Origin: Neodothiora populina
Taxonomy: Eukaryota
Assembly: GCF_041146345.1 (NCBI RefSeq)
Contig: NW_027191404.1
Coordinates: 2,728,001 to 2,792,000, forward strand
Direction: 5' to 3'
Length of the DNA stretch: 64,000 bases
Shown here: piece after piece, positions 22,723 to 35,185 of the stretch
Numbering within the stretch: the stretch's first letter is position 1
How the letters are laid out: every line of letters begins with the position of its first letter
The notes under the pieces: model-generated
The model's database searches: none
The model's input: only the letters and a program-made list of their open reading frames with translations
Told to the model about the DNA's origin: nothing
Program-made: the position numbers and the translations under genes

Positions 22723-25468
22723 TCAGGCAGGAACAAGATAATTACTGGGAACGAGTCCTCTCTTCCCATTCTTCAATTCAGCTTCCCACCATCCATCATC
22801 TTGCAGTCTCAAGACAGCAAGGATATCATTCTTTGCAAAACTGAGTTCCTCGGGTATTGCTGCCGTGTACATGTAGACCGCTCTCGCTGTTCATGTCGTT
22901 AGTCTTTTATGTATTGGATCGACAACAACAGACTTACAGTAATTCAATATAGGTCTACCATCCTTGGTCATCGGTCTACCTGCAGAACTTTGACTTCTCA
23001 CTCTCGTGCTTACTTGGTTTGCTGAAGATACAGATGCGGCAGCTGCCCATCCACCATCTGCCCCGTAATATTGACTAGTTGGTCTTATTCTTCGAGGCGT
23101 CGATCTTTCATCAGCAAGTACCATTGCAGCGTTGCCACCTTGGCTCGATGGTGGTCTTTGTTGTTGTTGAGGCAATCCCTGGCTCGATGGTGGCCTCTGA
23201 TATTGCTGCTGTGGAGGCATTCCTTGACTCGATGGTGGCCTCTGGTGAGGCTGTTGTTGAGGCATCGAGTTTTGTCTCGCGTGCATCATTGGTGATGTCG
23301 ATCTCTGGATATTGTTTGGTCTCATCTTCTGAGGACTGCTGGAATTTGCTCTAGGACGATTTGGATTCGGCGACGGCGCTCGCTGCTGCTGTTGTTGCTG
23401 CTGTTGCTGAACAAAAGGACGAGGACTTGCACTGCGTATCGGTGCCGGTGACGCAGTGCGTGTTGCAGCAGTAGACATTGGTCGGTTGAACATCTCCCTT
23501 CTCTGCCCGACGTAATTCGCTGTAGTTTGTTGCATTGTTCTACTCGTATGCGCGGGTTTCGGCGCTCCTAGTCTGCTTTCGTAAGACGGAGGAGGAGTAC
23601 CTTGGTGTCGATTGACAAGGAAATCGGGTGCTGGTGTCGATATGCCAGCATAACGATCCGCGGAGACTCTTGTTGATGCTTGTTTCGTCACACCTTTCAA
23701 TTCCGCCAACGCTTGTGCTATCGGATCGTCTTCTTGTTGCTGTTGAGGTACGACATGCTTCTTTCCAGATTGGTCGGGCGAAGCAACGTCAAAGACATTG
23801 TTTCCAACGTTCAGCTGGAAATTGGCTCTTGGGTCGACGGGTTCAGGTTCTGCACTCCTGGATGAAGCTCTGAAATCCCTTGGGCTGACAACAGGACTGG
23901 CAGCTTTTGTATGGGATCTCTGATCGGGTTGTCTCCATGAATCGGAGGAACCAGGTCTTGTCGCCCACGGCGTTGCTCTCTTTGGTTCTGTCTGTTTAAG
24001 GTCATGTTTACTCTTTCTGCGAAACGGACTCTTGTTCTGGAAGAAACCGGACTTTTTCTTCTCGATGACAGGACTTGGCGGTGCCATCTCTTGTTTCATC
24101 GGACTCGTAGGTTCGAAGCTCGAGAAGGAAGTAGGGTTCGAATATTCGCTGTGTGAATCGTTCATTTCAGGACTCGGGATCGAACTTCTTTCTGATGGTG
24201 GTCCGAGTCGACAGAATTGTGTCATTCCATCCATCGGGTAAGGATCATGTGGTACTTGTGGGATCTCCTGTGACTGAACCGACGACCGGAGGTCATCTCC
24301 CCGATGGTGCGAAGAATATGTCGAAGGCTGTGGCGATGAAGTCCTAAAAGCAGGATTCATCGCTCGCGCGAATTGTGCAACGGAATAGGCTCCATCGTCC
24401 GAAGAGTGTTCTGATGCGTTGTCTGGTATGTCGCCGCGGCAGAAGTTGATGTATTTGGGTGGATCGGGTATTTCCTGTCCTGTTCCTTGTTCTTTGATGA
24501 ATCCTGTAATGTCCTTTTCGACGTCGCAGTCTTCTAGCGAAAGACGAATCTTTTCGCAAGATGCATCATCACTGACGCATACGGTAGAAGAAATGTTTGC
24601 AAAACTCCACAGACTCGACTTTGTGAAGTCAAGTCGTTCTTCTTCCAAATCTTGGAATTTCTGTGTTCGGCGTTAGTCTTGTGGTCGCAAGCGAAAGGAA
24701 AGCAAACTCACGTCGCATGCTGCCTTCCACTCTCTGTTCCATCGACCAGTTGTCTCTTCAAGGACTCGGACGGCCTGCTCGTACTCTTGACTCGTCGTTG
24801 ACATCTGAATCTGAGTCTTCTCGAGTTTTGCTTTGTTTTTTCTCTCTTCTTGTCCCATGACCATGTGACCCTGAGCTAGGTAGCCCTTGATCTTGAGACA
24901 ATCTTGTTCATATCGATCCCTTGCTTTGTTGACTGTGTTGGTCTGTTTGATCTTGGTTGCGAGTAGTTTTTCGATGCCAGTCTGGATGATCTTGCGTCTC
25001 TCCTTGAGCCCGCCAGCGAAAGCTACAAGTGGTTCTTCTAGTTCTTGTTTCATCTGCCCTGCGATGGCTTGATGTGCTTTGCCTGTGGATTCGAGTTCCG
25101 CTCGAACGACGTCCAGAGACATACGCAAAGTACCAGCCTCACAGGAGCCAAGAGGCTTTTTCGACAGATTCAGAAGTTTCTTGCAATATTCTTCTTCAAT
25201 CTGTGATCGTGCTTATCATTCCGTCAGTGCTTGAAGTATTCTTGCGGTCGGACCAGGACGGACCATGGTAGAAATCCTTTAGTTCTTCAGACGTTACTTT
25301 TGCATTGTGCATACGATCGAGTAAAGGATTGACGCCTGCGTCATCCTTGCCCCAAAAGTTGTTTGCGACTTTGATTTCATATCGTTAGTATTCTTCACGG
25401 CTATGCGAGAGTTCAAGAATGGAAGACATACACGAGAGTGAGACGGAAGGTCCCTCTAACCCCGTCAT
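22723..25468 (-). CDS. F-BAR/PCH + SH3 cytokinesis protein (Hof1/Cdc15/Imp2 family); 5 exons
   Basis: ATG 25468; introns 25369-25431, 25212-25263, 24661-24711, 22887-22937. N-terminal FANNFWGKDDAGV; GTGQEIPDPPKYINF; C-terminal SH3 RAVYMYTAAIPEELSF..DDGWWE..GLVPSNY. Confidence 0.92.
23138..23410 (-). repeat. Coding low-complexity repeats in the F-BAR protein linker: QRPPSSQG x3 and a poly-Q run
   Basis: Three copies of CTCGATGGTGG(T/C)CT on the + strand and a mixed CAG/CAA tract. Confidence 0.85.
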
Positions 25469-26250
25469 TTCTGGTCTTCGTATCAATGACTGTGTTTTGG
25501 AATATGGGTATAAATGGATGTACGTGTGTGTGTGTGTTTGTGCGAAAAGACCGTTGATACAGCAGATAAAGTCATGTATGTACAGCAAGGTACTTGTATA
25601 TTTCTCCGACACGTCAACAACCGCGTTTCACAGGTAACGCGCTCGAATTGTCTGTGCACCAACCAGCAACTCCGCATTATCGCTCCGCCAATCACTTTTG
25701 TTGTCTTGTGTTGACGTAGGTAAGCGAGGTAAGGTACCTAGGTAGGTAGGACAACCGGATAGCCGTCACTTGTAATAGATCTGATATATCTCACCAGAAG
25801 CCGGAGGATCACTTCTGCTTTGCGCTGAGATGGCAGTCGATCGGCATCCGTGAGGAATTGGGGGAACATGGACGGTGTTATGGTTGGTAGCTGCATTGAG
25901 CAGCACTCACGGGCAGGGCGTTCGCTACTTGACTCGTGGACTTGTCAAGCACCAATTGACCGAGTCCCAGCGAGCATCTATGTTGGTTCTGTCTTCGTGG
26001 GATTCGGATCGTCTTTGGGTGTTGATTTTGCAGTATAACTGTGAAGGATCGTAATGCATAGGTGGACTCGAAGTAGAAGCGACGGAAGCAACGTGGAGAG
26101 TATAATCAATACCTGATACGGTGAGAAAAGCCAGGTCTGGACTTGTCGTTGTTGTGATTAATGATGCTAGGCATGTGCGTGGTAGTACCTCTTTGCGGCT
26201 CCAATACTTTTATTATTTTCTGCGTTCAGCCTCCGGATATGCCATGTTTG

Positions 26251-26294
26251 CAAGTGACATTGTCGAGGTACTCAAGTGACATTGTCGAGGTACT
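26251..26294. repeat. Perfect 22-bp tandem duplication
   Basis: CAAGTGACATTGTCGAGGTACT x2 in the intergenic region. Confidence 0.95.
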
Positions 26295-26694
26295 TTGGTC
26301 AAAGGATGCAATGTCTAGTACATCCGCTCTCCCCTCCGTCGAAAAATCGAGATATTCATCTCGACTCGAACAACCCGAATCAAAGCTCTCTTGCAATTAT
26401 CTGTATACAACAATAATGACCTGCACATCTAGTGAGTTCAAATAATGAGGCACAGGGCAGTAACAACAAATGTGCCCCGCCGCCCCCGCATCGTTCTCCT
26501 GCCAAGGCCTCGATGTGACTTCCAAGTTTGGTTTGGGGTATTAGCTACCTACTGACTAACGCTTCCTTCCGTTTGTGTTAAAGCACCTTCCTTGTGACTT
26601 TCACCTGCCTTTGTTCTTCTTTTCTCTCTTGTGCTGTGATGCCCACCGATCTCTCCTGATCTATCATCATCAGAAGCATCAGGATATCACAATC

Positions 26695-27296
26695 ATGTCT
26701 GCCAATAAACGCATCGTCAACGTGAGTTGCTTGCTTGGCCCCTTTCGAAGCACGCATGGGACATTGCATCATCATCATTAATTCTGACCATGACAGGAAC
26801 TCGCCCAAATCACCGCCGACCCCGTCCAAGACACGACCATCACCCTGCCCAGCGAACAGGATATCTTCAAATGGGAGGCCAAGATGACTGGACCGGCCGA
26901 GTCCGTCTACGCTGTGAGCCACGCCACGCCACGCCACTCCGATCCAAGCACCAACGACAGCCGCTGACGCTCAAGCAGAATGGACGATTCACCCTCGAAA
27001 TCTCTCTCCCCAAGGAATACCCCTTCAAGCCTCCCACCATCTCGTTCAAAACAAAAATATACCACCCCAATGTCACAAACGACGCCAAGGGCTCCATGTG
27101 TCTTGGGATCCTGCGCAGCGACTCGTGGAAGCCGCCAAACCGCATCCGAGAGGTCTTGGTCTTGGTCCGACAGATCCTGATCCAGCCTCAGCCCGACGAC
27201 GCCGTCGAGTCGGGTATTGCAGACCAGTACAAGAAAGACAAGGAGGCCTTCGACAAGATTGCAAGAGAATGGGTCGGTAAATATGCCTCTACTTGA
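26695..27296 (+). CDS. Ubiquitin-conjugating enzyme E2; 3 exons
   Basis: MSANKRIVN|ELAQI..WEAKMTGPAESVYA|NGRF; introns 26722-26796 and 26914-26978; YPFKPP, KIYHPNV and catalytic Cys in GSMCLGIL. Confidence 0.93.
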
Positions 27297-28977
27297 CGGG
27301 GGCCCAGTTGTGCAGCCATTCTCTCGCCCTGTCGACATTTCCATCCTCGGCCTCGAGTGCTCCGACCGCCCACTCCAGCTCGAACTCACCTCCGAAGATC
27401 GCTGCCCTCTGTCGATTAGACGCGGATTTCTCGTCCACACAAAAGTCCACGGACCCGTCAGCCTTCTTGCTTGGCTCCAGTCCGACGTGTTCTCTGCCCG
27501 TCCTGCATTGCCGATTACGACACCATTCCTTCTTGCAGCCCGTCAATAACTGCTGGAGCAGTCGCCTCTCGATCCTTCTTTTCAGCAGCTTGCCATCGGG
27601 ATCATACATGGAGACGTAAAGAGGACCGTAACACACGTTGCATAGTCCAATGTCATTCCCAGCACTTGAAATCCTGGTACCACCTCTCTTATCAGTCCCG
27701 TCCAAAGTTCTACCACAGTTTACATTGCGACATAGTCGCGGTGCTGGCCTTGTCTTCTTTTCCAATTCGTGTGTCTTCATATGAACCGTCATGTCTTTCA
27801 GTTTGACAATCCTAGAGCAAAGATGACATTCCGTCGTTCGACTGCCGTCTCTGATCTCGTGTACCGTCAGTCCTGTCAATAATTCCTCTGCGCTTTGCTT
27901 CTCTGCATCGCCCTCCTGCGGCATTTCGAGGTGACAGAATCGACATAGGATTGGTTTGAGCGGACACGTCGTTGTCCTGTGTCTTGCTAGCTCGGGGATT
28001 GTCGGGAAACTCTTGCCACACGGACACGTTCCGCTCTGTGATAGTCTTTCCTTCTTTGCTCGGTTCTGTCGGCTGCAATGGTTTCCGTGAAGAAGGATGG
28101 ATTGGGAAGGGACCCATTTCTGACATTCTGGACATTCGACCTGTCCAGAGTGATCGTCCTTTGCAATCTTGATGGATATAGAAAACTCTTCCACTTGACT
28201 TGAGAATGTACAGACAGAGATCAATAGAGCTTCCGCGTCTTCTTTCAGCGTTATCCTTTTACTGACGCCGTGGACGTATTCCTCTAGTCTTGGTTTTGAC
28301 CGTAGTCTCGTTGAGATAGGATTCATGAGTAAGTCGACATTTCCAGTGACTTCAATCTCGAGAGCTTCTGCTCTCGGCCATGATGATATATGATAATCAA
28401 CGTACTGTTCCGGAGCGACCTCGCCCGATGTAGATTTGAACAACGGCAGTTCTTGCACGACGTTCTTCTTGTAGATGATTTCGAGAGTCTTTCTTGCTTG
28501 CTCTTCGTCGAGTGCTTCAATGTCAACCTCGAGATCAGTGTCTATCACGCAGATCGAGCCAGAGAATCCTTCCACGATGAATCGAAAGTCTCCGAGCTGA
28601 ACGATTTCTCCCGAAGTCAATGTCGTAAAGTCATGTCGCAAATGTCTCTCCAGCAAGGACTTCCAGTCATCCGGGTCGTATCCAGGTTCCAGCGGCCTCA
28701 ATTTGACAAAGGTCCCTTTCGGCAACTCGACTTGTTTTACTTCGACTTGATCGTCTTCTTGTAACCCAAGAGACTCCCACAGAAACGCGCTCAACTCAAC
28801 CACTCCTTCCTCACTGCCAAATTCAAGTATTCCAGCAGATACACGATGGGCTTTTCGGGTGAGTTCAAATGTCAACGGACTTTGTTCCAGGGATATCGAT
28901 CCGTTTAGTGTCGATGGTGGCAATGTAATTTTGTCGCCTCGCAGTGTCGATGATTTTCGTGCAATCAATGATAACAT
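27289..28977 (-). CDS. UFD1-domain protein with C-terminal zinc-finger (TRAF-like/C2H2) region and UBA-like tail; not canonical Ufd1
   Basis: GDKITLPPS, AGILEF, LPKGTFVKLRPL, LLERHLRHDFTTLTSGE, ICVIDTDLEVDI; CPEC, CPC, CRFCH, CHLC clusters. ATG 28977 has good context (ACAACCATG), but the frame is open to 29265. Confidence 0.85.
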   Translation of the reverse strand: MLSLIARKSSTLRGDKITLPPSTLNGSISLEQSPLTFELTRKAHRVSAGILEFGSEEGVVELSAFLWESLGLQEDDQVEVKQVELPKGTFVKLRPLEPGYDPDDWKSLLERHLRHDFTTLTSGEIVQLGDFRFIVEGFSGSICVIDTDLEVDIEALDEEQARKTLEIIYKKNVVQELPLFKSTSGEVAPEQYVDYHISSWPRAEALEIEVTGNVDLLMNPISTRLRSKPRLEEYVHGVSKRITLKEDAEALLISVCTFSSQVEEFSISIKIAKDDHSGQVECPECQKWVPSQSILLHGNHCSRQNRAKKERLSQSGTCPCGKSFPTIPELARHRTTTCPLKPILCRFCHLEMPQEGDAEKQSAEELLTGLTVHEIRDGSRTTECHLCSRIVKLKDMTVHMKTHELEKKTRPAPRLCRNVNCGRTLDGTDKRGGTRISSAGNDIGLCNVCYGPLYVSMYDPDGKLLKRRIERRLLQQLLTGCKKEWCRNRQCRTGREHVGLEPSKKADGSVDFCVDEKSASNRQRAAIFGGEFELEWAVGALEAEDGNVDRAREWLHNWAPVK

Positions 28978-30469
28978 GGTTGTCGTTGATGGTGATGATG
29001 CATCACCGTGGTCTATCTCTCCCACTGTTAAATGAAATCTATCGCCTGGTTTACTAATTTGGCCAACATTCGAATATTCTTTGACCTTCGATTTGTCCTC
29101 GTCGTCTGTCAGGAACGCCTCGGGGGCTGCTCGCTCCAGGTACCTCCGCTGGCGTACCTTTCTACTTGAGTCAGGTCGACGTTTATAAGCAATAATATCA
29201 TGCGGCTGCGGCTGATCTACCTGATTCGGCCGGCTTCGGCGATAAGATTTAACATCTTCCACCATCTCGCATTTGGCAGAATCATTGTCCTAGTTGTCAT
29301 TGCCAACTCCTCTCCGTGACCACCATATCATCAATGAAGGTAGAACTCACGTGGATCAATGTGTACATCCTGTCTCTGTGCTGAGAAATGATATATGAAG
29401 CCTCCGAACCATTTCCTTGAGCTTTCAAGTCGTGCAGCTGGACCAATGCGACACGGTATGCGCTCTCACAACAGGTAGTCATCGCCATCCGACGGAATGC
29501 TCTTCCGCATAAAGAGTCTTGGTAGTCATGGAAGAATCAATGGAAGTTAAATGATTGCGGTTGACCATTAGCAGCTTCCTCCAATTCGTCGTTGCTGTTC
29601 AGATCGCAACACCCAGCACGGGACAAATCCAGAAGACGACCCTGCTTAGGTCGCGCATCTCTCGTGATTTTGTTCTCGTTGAATACTCGATTCCTTGACT
29701 CTTTTCGATCGGACTCTTGTGGGCCGCCAACCACAGTATGAGCGAGATGAGGCATCTCGTTGCCAGCGTCCATTGAAAAAGGCTTCTCTTTTCTTGCCTC
29801 TCTTTTCCTCTTGCCCCTTTCTGCCCTCCCGTCTCGATCAATCAGCAATAACCGTCAACCTGTCCCACTCCAATGAACCAGTGAAAATTGACCAGTCAAC
29901 CAGTCATCTTTGAACTTCCCTTGAACCACACCCTCCATGTGTCTCGAGTGACACAACAATTCAGCAAGATTGACATTGGCAGGATATCTACGTCTTCTCC
30001 TACACTGCCTCCCTCTATGCCGGAATACCAGTAGCAAGCGATGTGACCATCAGAGGACGGCAAAACTTATCACCCTATCCAAAGCCTTATGCTCACTCAT
30101 CGACTGCCGTTATTCCTGATAGTTGCAGCGATGGCTAAAATCTTGTCATGAAAACCCCATTATACTCGGTGCCCGTACAGTGCGCAACCACAATTTGGCT
30201 GCGAGGCATTCTTCTCAGCTTTGCTTCAAAAATTCTAGTCATTCGATCATGTATTATTGCTTCGCCAATTGATTCCTTACGCGTCCAACTTTTGCGTCAG
30301 GCCTATCCCCCACAACCTGAACAAGTCTGCAAACCTCCCATGCTGCCTTGCTTTACCCAGTCTGTCATGGACACCCAACACACCCCACCTGTGGGGTCCC
30401 CTCAGGACCGGCCGGCACCCACAAGAAAGTGGAGCTGTCATTCGCGCGCTATCTTTCGATGCGAATGGA

Positions 30470-30672
30470 TCGACGTTTTATGGTTGTCTGTACATCTTCA
30501 TGCCACCAATAGAGCACATCGCGGCTCTCGTCGAATTCTTGCAATAGCCCAGGACATGGTGCGCGATGCCTGTAAGGAACTTGGCCAAGTGTGTATGCCC
30601 CGCAAAAGCGGCTGCCGCGAAAATCGACGCCAGCTCTTTCTTCCGATCCTCGTGATAGCTGAACTCTGACAT
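30470..30672 (-). pseudogene. Possible ankyrin-repeat gene remnant
   Basis: IFAAAAFAGHTHLAKFL followed, across a frameshift, by AAMCSIGG/HEDV; both resemble the ankyrin AA..GH..vv..L motif. Short and degenerate. Confidence 0.25.
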
Positions 30673-31425
30673 ACATGCCTCAAAGAGCGATATCCGGACC
30701 AGTCATAGAGATTTTAGGACTAGTCCAACAAGATGTAGCCTTCAACTCATCGCTGAAAATCCAATCTGTAGCTTGAGCAAGGTTTTTCAGGATCTACCCA
30801 ATTGAATCCAATGTTGCCATCCCCTCCGAGGATTGTCAGAATTCAAGGATTTTAGCAACGATGAAGCTTATACCTGCAAATAATGGAGATCAATTATACC
30901 ATAAGCGTACACAGAGATATTGGATACAAGTACTATCTGCCTGCTTGATCTCCAGTACAGCTGTGTTCAAAACCGCAGGTTGTATGGTAGGATAGATCTT
31001 TAGCGTAAAGTATAAATCTCGCAAACGAGCACGCAATGATTGCGATAAGTTATAACATATCCAACGAGTCAAGGTCCCTCTAACAGAAGATACCATAGGC
31101 GCAGGAGTAAGTTGTCAGAGAAAAGGTAATGCAAAAGAACTTCTAAGCAAACCTTTCCTGATCATAGAACGTTTGAGGCAACTAGGCAGTTGATTGGCTT
31201 ACAGCGCGGCATGTCGCCGTGTTATGCTCCCACTGGTTCTTATTGTCATTCACATTAGGCCATCTGAGGCACATCTAGATCTTGAATTCAGAAAGCACGC
31301 GATCTTCCTGAGAAGTGATGCCAGTATTGTAAGACCCGCCTTCATGGTACATAGTGCGGATCGCCTACCTTCTATCTACCCCATCGGATTCATCACTTCT
31401 GTCCCTGCATTCGGAATCAGCTCGT

Positions 31426-33695
31426 ATGGCATCCACTATTACCGATACGGTGGTTGAGCCACCATTGTCCCAAGCAGTTGGGTATGTTGTTGTCGTTGTG
31501 ATCGGATTTGTGATCGCTTTGATCATGGTTTTCGTCACTCGTCTACTCAAAAAAACACTTGGAGAAGATAATGGAAAATCCGAAATGTTCATGACCGCCA
31601 ACCGAAGCATTCGAACTGGACTTACCGCCTCTGCTGTAGTATCAGGCTGGTTGTGGAGTACAGCGATGTTGGGTAGCGCTTTCGTTGGTTATAACTTCGG
31701 TGTCGCTGGTCCCTTCTGGTTTGCCGCAGGGTAAGGAGTCGGTATTGTGCTTCTGCAAGATACAGCTTGTAACTCAGCTTCTAGGTGCTCGCCTATGATC
31801 GTCTTCTTCTCCCTGCTTGGTATCGCGTGCAAGATGCGCATACCAGAAGCGCATACCTTGCTAGAAATTGTGCGAATCCGCTATGGCACAGCAGGTCACA
31901 TAGTCTGGATTGTGTTATGTCTCATCAACAACATTATTGCCGTAGCCAATATGTTGTTGGGGGCTAGCGCAGCTATCAATGCATTGTTGGTTCCATATGC
32001 CCTCCTGGTGACAACGACAATACTAATTGCTTCAGGACTGGTGTCAACATTACCGCCGCAACATTTTTGCTTCCAGTGGGAGTCGTGGTATACACTTTCA
32101 TCGGCGGAATCAAAGCTACCTTCTTGACTGATTATTTCCACACATTTGTAATTTTGATTATCGCTTGTTATTTCACTATACAGGCATTCCTGGTCAACGA
32201 GATCAACTCGCCAGCACAACTTTATAGCCTAGTCAAGGCCGCCGGAGACGCTCATCCTGTTTCCGGCAATCATGAAGGATCATACCTGACTATGACTAGC
32301 CATGGCGTGAGTAGTTTGAAGAGTCTACAAAAGATCATAACTAATCATGTTTCGAATCAGGCATTAATGTTCGCCATAATCCACATACTTGCTAATTTCG
32401 GCCTCGTGATCATGGACACGGGTTTCTTTGTGAAGGCTTTCAGTGCACGTCCCGAAGCTGTTGTCAAAGGCTATATCGTCGGAGGGATTGCATATTTCGC
32501 CATTCCCTGGGCGCTCGGAACGGTCATGAGTTTTCTTGCTCTAGCTCTAGAAGACACGCCACGCTTTCCCACCTTTCCTCGTCGCATGACCGCTACCGAG
32601 GTCTCGAATGGCCTTGTACTACCCTATTCAGCGATCGCTATCGCTGGTAAGGGTGGTGCTGCTGGCGTTCTACTCATCACCTTCATGGCGGTCACCTCCA
32701 CGTTATCGGCGCAGGTCATTTCGGTCTCTTCGATCATCAGCTTTGACATCTATCGCCGATACTTCAATAGAGCCGCAACTGACAGAGATGTCATTAGATG
32801 GAGTCACATTGGCGTCGTATTCTTTGGTTTGTTCTCGGCGGCCTTCTCGACCGCTCTCCATTACGGAAATGTTGATCTAGGATGGACACTATACTTCCTA
32901 GGCTCGTGTCACGCTCATTACCGATATTTCAGAGCTCATACTGACTGGTTGTAGGAGTTCTGACATGTCCGGGTATCTTCCCGACCATTTTTACGATTCT
33001 GTGGAAAAAGCAATCACAGGCTGCTGCCTTGATCTCGCCTCTGTTTGGTATGGCTACTGGACTCGGCGTCTGGTTGGGCACAGCATATGGCTTCTACGGT
33101 GAAATCACAGTAGCTTCGACTGGTGGAACTCTACCGTGCATGTACGGTACTGTGGCGTCAGCGTTCTCTCCTGCCTTGTACTCGATTGTCATCACACTCA
33201 TTCGGCCAGCCAACTTCGACTGGAGAGACTATCGCAAAGAGAAGCTGGCTTTCGACAGCGACGAGAATCCGTCAGCACTCGTACTTTCCCAGGTGGTTGA
33301 TGAAGAGGCCAACAGCTACGAAAGCAACAAGGCGAGATTCCGATACTGGGGAAAGATTGCAGCAATCTGGTCAGCGGCTACTTTCCTAGGGCATTGGGTA
33401 CTCTGGTGAGTTTTCTTCCAATGCGAGTATACTGCTGAGCACTGACGCATCCAGGCCATTGCCAATGTACGCTTCGAAGTACATCTTCAGTAGTACATTC
33501 TTCACAGCGTGGATCGTAATAGCTATCATCTGGCTTTGGGTCACAATGTTCATCGCCGGCTTTTACCCCCTGATCGACGGTAGAGAGCAATTGCTCTATA
33601 TCTGGCGGGCATGGAGGCATGGCCGACCCACGGTAGAGACAGCAGGTACCTCGGACGAGGAAGAGGGTTCGACCGGGCCAGTCAAGACTAGGTAG
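31426..33695 (+). CDS. DUR3: Urea active transporter (sodium:solute symporter family, Dur3/UreA-like); 6 exons
   Basis: PPLSQAVGY, EMFMTANRSIRTGLTASAVVS, GGIKATFLTDYFHT, GNHEGSYLTM. Introns 31731-31784, 31986-32035, 32307-32360, 32902-32954 (GC donor), 33406-33454; spliced frame is open throughout. Confidence 0.88.
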
Positions 33696-35185
33696 CAGCC
33701 GATGATGAGACATAGGCTACAAATAGCTTACACGACATGATACATGAACTGAGCCGCGTGTTCCTCGTGAAAATGAAAGCATGGAGCTAGACCTAGATAC
33801 GGTATCCGGTGAATTTGAAATTTTGTAACTTTTAGTCCACACGACAAGCTGACATAACAGCATCGATACGTCTGACCGAGAAAGATACGGCCGCTTATGT
33901 TGCGCTGCTTGATGTCTCGGTCTTGCTTGTGGAGGCCTGAAAGCATGTTATTGGAGAAGTAAAAGTCGGAAACTCGTGCATTATTCCAACGAGCATCATT
34001 CAAGTTACTACCTCGAGAGTTCTCGAGATGCGGTCGACCGATAATACCAGGAGTGTTGCTGTCAAGGGGAAGTCGTATGAATGACAAAAGTCACCGTCAT
34101 ATGTGAATTCCTAGTCAGTCGCATATCCTTCGGAAAGTCATCGCACACCCTGCTTCATCAATCACGCTGCGCGTAATTATGCTTCGTTGATGCGCACTTC
34201 GATCAGAAACATTAGAGAGAAGGAGTATGGATTGCACTTCAGTAGAGTATGTAAATCATCGAAAGTATAATACAGTAGAATACTGTAGGCCTTGTGAATT
34301 ATCTACAAGTTGTCTCGCCTCGGTATATCACCTTAATTCGACAAAGTACTTCAGCTCGCCCCCCTGACTTCAGCCTGCAGTAGTAAACCTGACCGGGCCG
34401 ATCACTTCTGATCAATGCTTACGCTGCCCGCAGCCCAAGCCTGTGTTGATGATACGGATTAGCGGAAGGTTTAAATAAAGGATTAAGCTATGATTGCACG
34501 TGACTGAACGGCTATCTACAGTATAGCTCCTAGCTAGATACATAGCTGGTGAGGTTGCACAACAGAAATATAATGCTCGTATTGCATATGACCGATTTAT
34601 GAGGCTGGACAAAGCTCGAGCTAGTCTCAAATCGAGATCTCAAGTGTAGGACAGCTATCGCATTTGAGGGAGTCAATTCTTAATCCTCGCGATCGTACCT
34701 GAGATACTGAACTTGATGCTAGAAAGTATACTGTAACTTTACCAAGTGAGCGACTTCAAGGTACGCGGATACGCTGAATTTGGGGGTGTGGCCGAGTTTT
34801 GGAGAGGGTACTTGGTCGGTCCTAGGTCCGAACCTCGACATTCCCTACGGGACTCGAATTGGACTCCGTGGGTCTTACGCTGGCCCCTCATGTCTGTATC
34901 CGTCGGCGGCGCCAGCATGATCGTAGATGTCCATAACCATACGCCACCATGTAAAGCGCCTACTTAGGAAAATGTGAGAGGTGTACTGGGATTCAATGAT
35001 CACCCAGTACGTAGTAGCTTTCCATTATAAGTATGCCTCCCTACTTGTTTCAGCTAGGAGATTGGAGCATACACTTGTTACATACCGCCTGCAGATTGAG
35101 ATGTTTGACAAACATATATGATAATCCTGCACCCCTTTTGTCGACACTGCGATCAGGCTATTGCGGGACTCCTGACAATTCGGCC

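Noticed and set aside
34695..34730. CTGAGATACTGAACTTGAT resembling a TPP riboswitch core near a Dur3-family gene
   Set aside because: No P2/P3 or P5 stems; lies downstream of the transporter and not in an intron.
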